Positions 9,844-17,830 of a stretch of DNA of 64,000 nt are shown here, piece by piece (positions within the stretch are counted from its first letter, which is position 1; every line of letters starts with the position of its first letter). The translations under genes and the position numbers were made by a program. A model generated the notes under the pieces. The model saw only the letters and a program-made list of their open reading frames with translations, made no database searches and was not told the DNA's origin. Source of the DNA: Myxococcota bacterium (GTDB lineage Bacteria > Myxococcota_A > UBA796 > SXON01); the NCBI GenBank assembly GCA_040386535.1, contig JAZKFH010000023.1, forward strand, positions 1 to 64,000, in the 5' to 3' direction.

Positions 9844-10485
9844 CTACGGCTGGGCCGTGCCCCCGCGCGCCATGGTGGCCTCGACCTCCCCGACATGCGC
9901 CTCGAACGCCGAGAGCAGCTCGGGGAGGGTGCGCGACATCGCCCACGCCTGGATCTGCGGGAGCACGGTCGTGCTGGGGCTCCACATCTGGTAGGAGACC
10001 CAGGTCGTGCCGTCGGCTTGCGGGCGCAGATGCCAGCTGCCGTAGGTCACGGTCTCCCAGGTGGAGTCGTCCGCCCAGGGCGCCACCTGGGCCTGGTAGC
10101 GTGCGGGGTCGGCGCCGTACCAGCAGGTGCGCAGCTCGGTCGCCGAGTCGGCGAGCCACCGGCTGCCGACCACGATCTGGCGGCGGATGTGGATGGCGCC
10201 GAGCAGGATGGTCAGATCGAGCTGCTGGAAGATGTGGGCGGGGTCCAGGCGCTCCACCCGCTTCGTCCCGACCGAATCGGGGTGCCAGTCGTCCGTCGTC
10301 TCCGGGCTGCGGAGCACCTTCTTCCACGCGGGCAGCCCATGCTGACTCACCATCACCACGCGCGCGCCCGCGAGGTCCACCCCGTGCGCGACGGTCCGCC
10401 CGCTGGTCAACGTCGGCCGCGCGGGGTTCGCCGCGGGCGCCGCGAGCGTGTCCAACACGGCCATCTCGCATTGTTCGGGACTCAC
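9844..10485 (-). CDS. Hypothetical protein, START/SRPBCC-like lipid-binding fold
   Basis: GTGA overlap with the upstream stop. C-terminal GSWHLRPQADGTTWVSY followed by a helix is typical of START-like domains. Confidence 0.55.
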   Translation of the reverse strand: MSPEQCEMAVLDTLAAPAANPARPTLTSGRTVAHGVDLAGARVVMVSQHGLPAWKKVLRSPETTDDWHPDSVGTKRVERLDPAHIFQQLDLTILLGAIHIRRQIVVGSRWLADSATELRTCWYGADPARYQAQVAPWADDSTWETVTYGSWHLRPQADGTTWVSYQMWSPSTTVLPQIQAWAMSRTLPELLSAFEAHVGEVEATMARGGTAQP

Positions 10486-11195
10486 GTCGCGAGCCTCGCG
10501 GGCGCGGAGAGCCTCGGCAGCAACAACCCGCTCCGCGCCTTGTACGCAGCCCACTCCGGGTACCGCGCCATGCTCGCCTCCTTGCGGAGGATGTTCGGGA
10601 GGAACACCGCCCCCCAGACCCAGGCGAGCACGGCCCACGGCGCCCAGTGCTGCGCGAGGAGGGCGAAGCTCCCGTAGAGCATCATCTCGCCGAGGTAGTT
10701 GGGGTGGCGCACGTTCGCGAAGAACCCGTCGGTGATGAGGCCGCGCCGTGCTTTGAGCACGAAGAACTTCTGCGCGTCGCTCCCCATCATCAGGACCACG
10801 CCGAGGGCGTAGATCAGCGTCGCGATGGCAAGGAGGCTCGGGGGCGCCTCGATTCGGCCGACCACGATGAGCACCGGGGCGATCCAGTACGGGCCCAGGA
10901 CCAGCAGCCACGCGCTGAGCGCGGCCCCGAAGGTGACCTTCTGCTCCCAGCCGGGGTCGGGGAACACGCGGTCCTTCAGGAGCCAGCACAAGCCGTAGCT
11001 GCCGTGCAGCGCCGCGTAGGTCCAGGCGGTGGCGCTCCAGTTGCCGGTGACCGCCATCAGCATCAGCACGAACGGGAGGGTGCCCCCCTTCTGCGCGTTG
11101 ATGACCCACGCGAGCTTGAGCACCTTGGGGCCGCCGAACAGGTCGGTGGAGAGATGGTCGCGGAAGCGGAGCCATTGGACGAGGAGGGGGTGCAT
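10482..11195 (-). CDS. DUF1295 / steroid-reductase-ICMT-like membrane protein
   Basis: Multi-TM. Motifs SDAQKFF and GLITDGFFANVRHPNYLGEMMLY, ending SMARYPEW. Confidence 0.85.
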   Translation of the reverse strand: MHPLLVQWLRFRDHLSTDLFGGPKVLKLAWVINAQKGGTLPFVLMLMAVTGNWSATAWTYAALHGSYGLCWLLKDRVFPDPGWEQKVTFGAALSAWLLVLGPYWIAPVLIVVGRIEAPPSLLAIATLIYALGVVLMMGSDAQKFFVLKARRGLITDGFFANVRHPNYLGEMMLYGSFALLAQHWAPWAVLAWVWGAVFLPNILRKEASMARYPEWAAYKARSGLLLPRLSAPARLAT

Positions 11196-11350
11196 CGGCG
11201 GGCCTCGGAGATGTACTGCGGCGCGGAGGACTATCCACCGCGGGCGCCGGGAGAACCGCGGGCGGGGCCGAATTGCGGGCAACGGCCGTTTCCACGGAAA
11301 TCCCGATAGAAGGAAGCGTCGGGTTACCGAGAGACATGCACTCACTCGGG

Positions 11351-12091
11351 ATGGACGAACACCGGTCGGGACGGCCCGGCGCGGTGCGGACCCTCCGCTA
11401 CGACAAGCCGGTCGCCGTGATCGGCGACATCCACGGCCGCGCCGATCTGCTCGCCCGCCTCCTCGAAGCGCTCCCGGCCGACATTCCCGTGCTCGTGACG
11501 GGAGATGTCGGCGATCGCGGCCCCGACACCCGCGGGGTGCTCGACCTGCTCGTGGCCCGCGGCGCGGACGGCACGCGCGGCAACCACGACGAGTGGCTCA
11601 CCCGGTGGGCGTCGGGCGAGGGCTTCGACCCCTTCGCGCTCTCCCCGAAGATGGGCGGCCACGCCACGCTCGCGTCCTACGACGTGGTGGGGCGCGGTGC
11701 CGCCGAGATCGAGGCCCAGGCCTGGCGTGTCCCCGTGGCGCACCGCGAATGGCTCTCGGAGCGCCCGCACGCCATCGACCTGCACGTGATGGGCACCGCG
11801 TGGTGGATCATCCACGCGGGCGTGCCCTCCCACGTCAACCTCAGGGGTGTGGCGTTCGCGGACGTGGTGCCGTTCCTCGCCGCGCGCCACCCGGACGCGC
11901 TGTTGTGGGGCGCCAACGATCCCGAGGAGATGCTGGCGCTCGACCGCCCCGTCGTCATGGGGCACGTGCGCCGGCGCTCGCCGCTCGACATCGGGCACGT
12001 GCTCGCCATCGACACGGGCGCGGGGACGATCGTCGGCGGCGCGCTCACGGCCGTCGTGTTGCCGGAGCGCAAGTTCGTTCGCGTGGCATGA
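11351..12091 (+). CDS. Metallophosphoesterase (PPP/ApaH-like phosphatase)
   Basis: Motifs GDIHG, GDVGDRG, GNHD, HAG, MGH and IDTG. Confidence 0.9.
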   Translation: MDEHRSGRPGAVRTLRYDKPVAVIGDIHGRADLLARLLEALPADIPVLVTGDVGDRGPDTRGVLDLLVARGADGTRGNHDEWLTRWASGEGFDPFALSPKMGGHATLASYDVVGRGAAEIEAQAWRVPVAHREWLSERPHAIDLHVMGTAWWIIHAGVPSHVNLRGVAFADVVPFLAARHPDALLWGANDPEEMLALDRPVVMGHVRRRSPLDIGHVLAIDTGAGTIVGGALTAVVLPERKFVRVA

Positions 12092-12112
12092 CGGAGTCAA
12101 AGATCCCCGTCG

Positions 12113-12517
12113 TCAGGACGGGTCGGCCGCCGCCTTGGGTGAACCCGCCTCAGCTGCGTGGCGCGACACCTGGGCCGCGAGTGTACGTGTATCGATAGGC
12201 TTGGTGATATACCCGTCACATCCCGCGAGCCGGGCTCGTCGCTCGTCGCCCGCCATGGCGGAGGCGGTGACCGCCAGGATCTTGATATCGCACGTACGGG
12301 GATCGGCCTTGAGCATGCGTGTCAGCTCGAGCCCATCGAGGCCCGGCAGCTGGATATCCATGAGGATGACGCCTGGCCGGAACGTCTCGAGCAGCGCGAG
12401 CGCCTCCGGCGCGTCGGCGGCGGTCCGTACATGGAACCCCGCGGCCACCAGGATGTGCTGGATCAGCCGTGTGTTGAGCAGATTGTCGTCGACGATGAGG
12501 ACGGAGATGTCGGTCAT
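12113..12517 (-). CDS. Single-domain response regulator (DivK/CheY-like)
   Basis: Motifs LIVDD, LMDIQLP, VTASAM and YITKP. ATGA overlap with the kinase. Confidence 0.93.
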   Translation of the reverse strand: MTDISVLIVDDNLLNTRLIQHILVAAGFHVRTAADAPEALALLETFRPGVILMDIQLPGLDGLELTRMLKADPRTCDIKILAVTASAMAGDERRARLAGCDGYITKPIDTRTLAAQVSRHAAEAGSPKAAADPS

Positions 12518-14955
12518 GACAGCCCTTGGTTTGACTTGGGAGGGAGGAAGGTGCGCAGCTCCGCGAGCAGCTCGGCGCTGCTCGTGCGCCCCTTGAGCAC
12601 GATGCTCTCGGCGGATGCGCGGAGGCGGGCGGACTCGGCCGGCGTCAGGTCGCTCACGGTCCAGATGATGACCGGGGTGCGTGCGCAGTGGTCGAAGCGC
12701 CGGAGGCGATCGAGGAAGGTGAAACCATCCATGCCGGGCATGAGGAGATCGAGCACCACCGCCAGCGGCTCGGCCTCCTCGGCGATGCGCAAGCCCTGCT
12801 CCGCGTCGTGCACGCAGTGGGCCCGGTAGCCGAGCTGCGCGAGGGTGGCGGCCATGAGGCTGGCGCAGCCATGGTCATCGTCGACCACGAGCACCTCGCC
12901 CTGCCGCTCGACCGTCACGCCGGCCCGCCGGAGCGAGGCCAGCAGCGTGGGGGCGCTCAGTGGCTTGGGCAGGATGTCGTGCACCGCGAACCCGGCGACA
13001 GCCCCGCGCTCGGCGACGACGGTGACGACCAGGACGGGGACGTCCCGGTAGCGATCCATCGCCCGCAGCTCCCGGAGCACGTCGAGGCCGTTCATGTCGG
13101 GCAACATCAGGTCGAGGGTGACCGCGTCGAAGGTGCGGGTCGCGCAGAGGGCCAGCGCGACCGCGCCGGTGGCCGCGGTCTCGACCGCGTAGCCGGCGTC
13201 CACCAGCGCAGAGACCAGTACGTGTTGATCGCGCGGATCGTCCTCCACGACCAGGATGAGGGGCGCGCCGATGCGCCCGCCGTCGAACGCGCGGGGGAGG
13301 GGACGCGGGGCTCCGACACGGGCGCGTTTGGGCAGGATGGCGTGGAACACGCTCCCGACCCCGTGCTCGCTCTGCACCCCGACCGAGCCGCCCTGCGCCT
13401 CGACCAGCCGGCGCGTGAGCGCGAGGCCGAGCCCTGTCCCCTCGTGCTGCCGCGTCGGGCCGGCGTCGAGCTGCTGGAACTCCACGAACAGCCGATCGAG
13501 GGCCTCCGCCGGGATGCCGATGCCGGTGTCCTCGACCTCCAACCGCCACGTGTCCTCGGACTCGACCATGGCCCGCACCATCACCCGGCCGCCCTCGTCG
13601 GTGAACTTGAGCGCGTTGGAGACGTAGTTGTAGAGCAGCTGCTTCAGCCGCCCGGGATCCGCCTGCACCGGGCCGAGGGCCGGATCGATCCACGAGGTCA
13701 GCGTGATCCCGCGTGCCGTGGCGGTGTTCCCGAGGATGGTCTCGACCTCGCCGACGATCGCGGCGGGCGCGATGTCCTCGGGGTGGAACTCGACCTTGCC
13801 GGCCTCGACCTTCGACAGATCGAGCACGTCGTTGATGAGCTGCAGCAGGTGGCGGGCGCTGGTGAGCACGTGCCCGAGGAACTCCCGGAAGTCCGGCGAG
13901 TCGGGGCCCACCTGCCCATCGTGGATGAGCTCGGTGAACCCGATGATGGCGTTGAGCGGGGTGCGGAGCTCGTGCGACATGCTCGCGAGGAACTCGCTCT
14001 TGAGGCGGCTCGCCGAGAGGACCCGCTCGTTCTCGGCCTCCAGGAGCAGGCTGCGCATCCGCATGTCCTCCGCGTTCTTCTCCTCGGTCATGTCGCGGAA
14101 CACGAGCACTACGCCGGTGATCGCGCCATCGTTGCCCCAGATCGGCGCGCCGCTGTCCGCGATGGGAGCCCGGGCGCCGTTCCGCGCGACGAGGACGGTG
14201 TGGTTGGCCAGGCCCACCACGACCCCCTCCCGAAACACCCGGTCCACGGGGCTCTCGACCGGCGCGTCCGTCCCCTCGTCACGGATCTCGAACACCTCCA
14301 GGAGAGGCCGCCCGCGGGCCTCCTCGAGGCTCCAGCCGGTCATCCGCTCCGCGATGGGGTTCATCCGGACCACCCGTCCCGCCTCGTCCGTCGCGATGAC
14401 GGCGTCCGCGATGCTGTCCAACGTGGTCGCCAGCCGCTCCTCGCTCTGGCGGAGCGCGGCCTCCTTCGTCGCCAGGTAGGTCTCGGCGACGAAGGTCATG
14501 GCGATGTCGAAGAACTCCTGGGTCGTCAGGAGCGCCTTGCTGAGGCGCAGGGGCTCGGCGATGAACGTCGTCACGAGGCGAGGCGTCAGGTAGCGTTGGA
14601 GGGATCGCACCAGGTCGTACCAGACGCTGAACGGCATGCCGCTCAACGCGTAGACGGCCCCCTGGGTACGGAGGTTGTCCTCGTAGGGACCCCAGTTCCC
14701 GGCGATGGCCTGCGTCAGCCGCTCGTTGCCCACGCGGCTCTGCTCCCCGAGCTGCGCCTCGCTCATCGCGCCGAGCATCGGGCCGAACACCGGGTGGGCC
14801 AGGAGCTCCGCGGTCATCTCGCCCTGGAGCGCGTCGTAGTGCGTGGTGTACACGCTCCAGAAGTCGTCGAGGGCCGAGCGGTCGAGCTTCTCCCAGCGGG
14901 CCGGTGTCGGGTCGGCGGTCGTCGTGCCGGACGGTTCCCCACTTCGGTCGGTCAT
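12514..14955 (-). CDS. Hybrid sensor histidine kinase (globin-like sensor, PAS, HisKA, HATPase, two REC domains)
   Basis: H-box SHELRTPL, N-box NALKF, G boxes DTGIG and GTGLGL. PAS segment DAVIATD..MNPIAE. Two receiver domains. Confidence 0.93.
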   Translation of the reverse strand: MTDRSGEPSGTTTADPTPARWEKLDRSALDDFWSVYTTHYDALQGEMTAELLAHPVFGPMLGAMSEAQLGEQSRVGNERLTQAIAGNWGPYEDNLRTQGAVYALSGMPFSVWYDLVRSLQRYLTPRLVTTFIAEPLRLSKALLTTQEFFDIAMTFVAETYLATKEAALRQSEERLATTLDSIADAVIATDEAGRVVRMNPIAERMTGWSLEEARGRPLLEVFEIRDEGTDAPVESPVDRVFREGVVVGLANHTVLVARNGARAPIADSGAPIWGNDGAITGVVLVFRDMTEEKNAEDMRMRSLLLEAENERVLSASRLKSEFLASMSHELRTPLNAIIGFTELIHDGQVGPDSPDFREFLGHVLTSARHLLQLINDVLDLSKVEAGKVEFHPEDIAPAAIVGEVETILGNTATARGITLTSWIDPALGPVQADPGRLKQLLYNYVSNALKFTDEGGRVMVRAMVESEDTWRLEVEDTGIGIPAEALDRLFVEFQQLDAGPTRQHEGTGLGLALTRRLVEAQGGSVGVQSEHGVGSVFHAILPKRARVGAPRPLPRAFDGGRIGAPLILVVEDDPRDQHVLVSALVDAGYAVETAATGAVALALCATRTFDAVTLDLMLPDMNGLDVLRELRAMDRYRDVPVLVVTVVAERGAVAGFAVHDILPKPLSAPTLLASLRRAGVTVERQGEVLVVDDDHGCASLMAATLAQLGYRAHCVHDAEQGLRIAEEAEPLAVVLDLLMPGMDGFTFLDRLRRFDHCARTPVIIWTVSDLTPAESARLRASAESIVLKGRTSSAELLAELRTFLPPKSNQGLS

Positions 14956-15228
14956 CGTCCCTTCTGGCGAGGTCCAACACTACCAGTCGCCAACAGAAGG
15001 TCAATCGTGCGTACAGAACGATCCCAGTGGGCATCAGGTTCGTACGCTACGCGGGCGACAACACGCTCGCTGGTCACCGCGCGGCCGCGGCTTCGGTGGG
15101 CGTCCCACACGGCGCAGGCGCGGCGGCTCTTCCCATGTTGTGACGAACGCCGGGGGCCGCGGACCTCGCCGGAATGGGTGCCTACCCCAATTCCGGTCGG
15201 CCGAAAAGTGCGGCCGCATGGAGGAGCA

Positions 15229-16080
15229 ATGGCTGATTTGCGTGCAGAGGACAGGCTCGTCCCCCTGGGCGACCTGGGCGACTACCGGGTGGCCCCCGGC
15301 AATCCGGACATCCGCGGCTGGGACATCTACGGCACGGGCGACGAGCACCTCGGAGAGGTCCGCGAGCTCATCGTGGACACGGCGGCCGGCAAGGCGCGGT
15401 ACCTCGTCGCGGCGGTCGGCGGCGGGTTCCTGGGGATCGGGCGTCGTGAGGTGATCGTGCCGATCGGGCGCGCGCGCCTCGACGACGTGGCGGACCGGGT
15501 GTACCTCGACGGCCTCACCGCTACGGATCTGAACGCGTTCCCCGAGTACCACAAGGGGCGCTTCGACTGGGAGCAGGAGCGTACGCTGTTCGGCGGCGGC
15601 GAGGATCGGTATGCCCACGCCGACTACGACACCCAGCGGTTCATGGGCAAGCGCGCCCAGGGGGACGAGTACCTCACGCTCCACGAGGAGCGGCTCGAGG
15701 TCGAGAAGCACCCCGTACAGGTCGGAGAGGCGGTCGTGCGCAAGCGCGTCGAGACGGAGCACATCCGCCAGGACGTGCCGGTGATGCACGAGGACGTGAC
15801 GATCGAGCGGCGCACGCTCGCGCCGGGCGAGGCGCGCTCCGGGGATGTCACCATCACCGACGACGAGGTGCACATCCCGTTGATGGCCGAGGAGGCCACG
15901 GTCCACAAGAACGTCGTCGCCACCGAGGAGGTGGTGATCAAGAAGACGCGGGTGGAGGGGACCCAGTCGGTGGAGGCCGAGCTCCGCAAGGAGCGGGTGG
16001 ATCTCGATACGTCCGGCGTGCGGACGGAGACCGGGGTGCGGACCGAGACCGGGGTACCGAAGAAGAAGGAGCCGGTCTAA
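15229..16080 (+). CDS. PRC-barrel plus DUF2382 (YsnF/AvaK-like) stress protein
   Basis: GGAGG RBS. Motifs PDIRGWDI..GEVRELIVD, LHEERLEVEK, VRKRVETE and EEVVIKK. Confidence 0.9.
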   Translation: MADLRAEDRLVPLGDLGDYRVAPGNPDIRGWDIYGTGDEHLGEVRELIVDTAAGKARYLVAAVGGGFLGIGRREVIVPIGRARLDDVADRVYLDGLTATDLNAFPEYHKGRFDWEQERTLFGGGEDRYAHADYDTQRFMGKRAQGDEYLTLHEERLEVEKHPVQVGEAVVRKRVETEHIRQDVPVMHEDVTIERRTLAPGEARSGDVTITDDEVHIPLMAEEATVHKNVVATEEVVIKKTRVEGTQSVEAELRKERVDLDTSGVRTETGVRTETGVPKKKEPV

Positions 16081-16105
16081 CCGTCACGGGCGGGACGGTC
16101 GGAGG

Positions 16106-16729
16106 TCAGACCGTCGCGCCCTTGCGGTTGCGGTACAGCTCGGCGTCGACCACCTCGCGCATACGGTCCTCGGGGAGGGTGCCGCCGAGGAAGGCGTTCA
16201 CCTGCCTCGCCGCTTCGGCGGGCTGGTGCACGGCCGTGTCGTACCGCACCTCGACCATCTCGAAGTTGGGGCGCTTGCGCACGAGGATGCGCACGGCCGC
16301 GAGGTGGTTGAGGTAGGCCTCGATCATCATCTTGTCGTTGGTCTCGTCGACCTCGCCACGATGTTTGATCATCTTGTTCTGCGACGCGATGACCTCGTTC
16401 AGGTCCCGCCGCATGAAGATGACCTTGTAGCGGTTGTCGTCCGGCAGGTCCTTGAGGAGGAAGGAGATGACCTTGAGCACCTTGCCGCGCCCGTCGCGGA
16501 TGTAGCTCTTGTCCTTCTCCTTCTCGAGGTCCTTGACCCGCTCGAACTCGTAGTAGCCCTTGGGGTTGTCGATGTCGGCGGCGCGGATCGCGTCCGTCAT
16601 GATCGGCAGGCCGCCGGCCTCGAGCATCTTCATCATCATCGAGGTGCCCGAGCGCGGCAGGCCCGACACGATGACGAGGGGATCGCCGTAGCGGCGCTGG
16701 TTGATGAATTCACCGATGAAGCCGGCCAT
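16106..16729 (-). CDS. Sulfotransferase family protein (PAPS-dependent type)
   Basis: 5'-PSB loop SGLPRSGTSMMM and 3'-PB motif FMRRDLNEVIAS. No signal peptide. Confidence 0.85.
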   Translation of the reverse strand: MAGFIGEFINQRRYGDPLVIVSGLPRSGTSMMMKMLEAGGLPIMTDAIRAADIDNPKGYYEFERVKDLEKEKDKSYIRDGRGKVLKVISFLLKDLPDDNRYKVIFMRRDLNEVIASQNKMIKHRGEVDETNDKMMIEAYLNHLAAVRILVRKRPNFEMVEVRYDTAVHQPAEAARQVNAFLGGTLPEDRMREVVDAELYRNRKGATV

Positions 16730-16759
16730 GGAGATCCTCTCGCCCCCCTCGGAGGGTAC

Positions 16760-17596
16760 TTAGAGCGTGACGCCGAAGCGGTCCTTGAGCGCGAAGCCCG
16801 CGAGCAACGAGAAGCCGAAGAACCAGCCGAGGATGCCGCCCTCTCCGCTGGGGAGCCAGCCGAGGTCGCGGTCCGCGCGGTCGATGGAGAGGCGCTCGAT
16901 CGGGGAGTCCCCCGCGGGCACGGCCTCTGCCGGGTAGAGCAGGGCTTCCCAGCCCTTCGTGCGCAGCACGGGGACCTTGCGGGGCTCGCCGCCGACCGCG
17001 ACGATCTTCGTCTCGGTGGTGCCGCCCGCCGCGACCGAGAGCACGTGGTCGCCCGCGGTGTCGAGGCGCAGGCGCCACGCGATCTCGCCGTCGGCGGTGC
17101 GGACGGGGGGCGCGTCGAGGGAGACGCCCTCGGGCAGGGTGAGCGTCACGTCGCGCGGGGACACCGCGCCCGCCATGTCCGCGTCGAGCTTCACCACGAA
17201 CATGGTCGTGCTCCCGACGGGGAGCGGCGCGTACGCGTAGTTCGACACGAGCTGGACGAGGATCATCGTCATCGGCGCGAACATCACCACCATGGGGACG
17301 ATGTTGTAGCCGAGGTAGAGCGCGTTCTTGCCGAGCGCCTTGGCGGTGGCGGGGAGGACCACGCGCAGATCGTCCTTGAACAGGACGACCTCGAGCAGGT
17401 GCACCGCGATGCCGTTCTTCGCGCGGGTGATGCCGGCCTGGTTGCTGATCCGCTTGTACACCAGCAACGCGACGACCCCCGCGAGGATCGGCCACACGAA
17501 CAGATCGAACCACGGACGGCCGTGCCCGATGGGGGCGAGCACTACGTCGAAGACGATGCTGCTGATCGTGTTGAAGAGGGCCAGAGCGGCTGCCAC
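16760..17596 (-). CDS. Three-TM membrane protein with an extracytoplasmic beta domain; resembles DUF106/EMC3/TMCO1 (Oxa1 superfamily)
   Basis: Order is TM1, helical loop, TM2 (IVPMVVMFAPM), beta-rich insert, TM3 (LGWFFGFSLLAGFALKDRFGV). The CDS is secure; the family is inferred. Confidence 0.6.
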   Translation of the reverse strand: MAAALALFNTISSIVFDVVLAPIGHGRPWFDLFVWPILAGVVALLVYKRISNQAGITRAKNGIAVHLLEVVLFKDDLRVVLPATAKALGKNALYLGYNIVPMVVMFAPMTMILVQLVSNYAYAPLPVGSTTMFVVKLDADMAGAVSPRDVTLTLPEGVSLDAPPVRTADGEIAWRLRLDTAGDHVLSVAAGGTTETKIVAVGGEPRKVPVLRTKGWEALLYPAEAVPAGDSPIERLSIDRADRDLGWLPSGEGGILGWFFGFSLLAGFALKDRFGVTL

Positions 17597-17604
17597 GGGG
17601 GCTC

Positions 17605-17808
17605 CTACGAGATGTAGCCGAGGCCCTTGAGCTTCGCGCGGATGTCGGCGTCGTTCTTGGTGTCCTCGAAGTGGAGCATCTCCTTCTCGAGGATGTGCTG
17701 GATGAACTCCTCGACGGTGGCGTAGCCGGCCACGTCGGCCACCTTCGCCATGCGCGCGTGGAGGTCCTTGTCGATCTTGACGCTGACGGACTTGCCGAAG
17801 CCGAACAT
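17605..17808 (-). CDS. Small ribbon-helix-helix-like protein with a C-terminal LKGLGY tail
   Basis: GAAGGAGG RBS. VSVKIDKDLHARM..GYATVEEFIQHIL fits a beta-alpha-alpha pattern. Ends IRAKLKGLGYIS. Confidence 0.75.
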   Translation of the reverse strand: MFGFGKSVSVKIDKDLHARMAKVADVAGYATVEEFIQHILEKEMLHFEDTKNDADIRAKLKGLGYIS

Positions 17809-17830
17809 GAGGCCTCCTTCTCGGGGCGGG

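Noticed and set aside
12688..15228. Long N-terminal extension of the DUF2382 ORF (likewise for the rbgA, DT-lipoprotein and acyltransferase ORFs)
   Set aside because: The extensions overlap genuine genes, and internal starts with an RBS or a family-typical N-terminus fit better.
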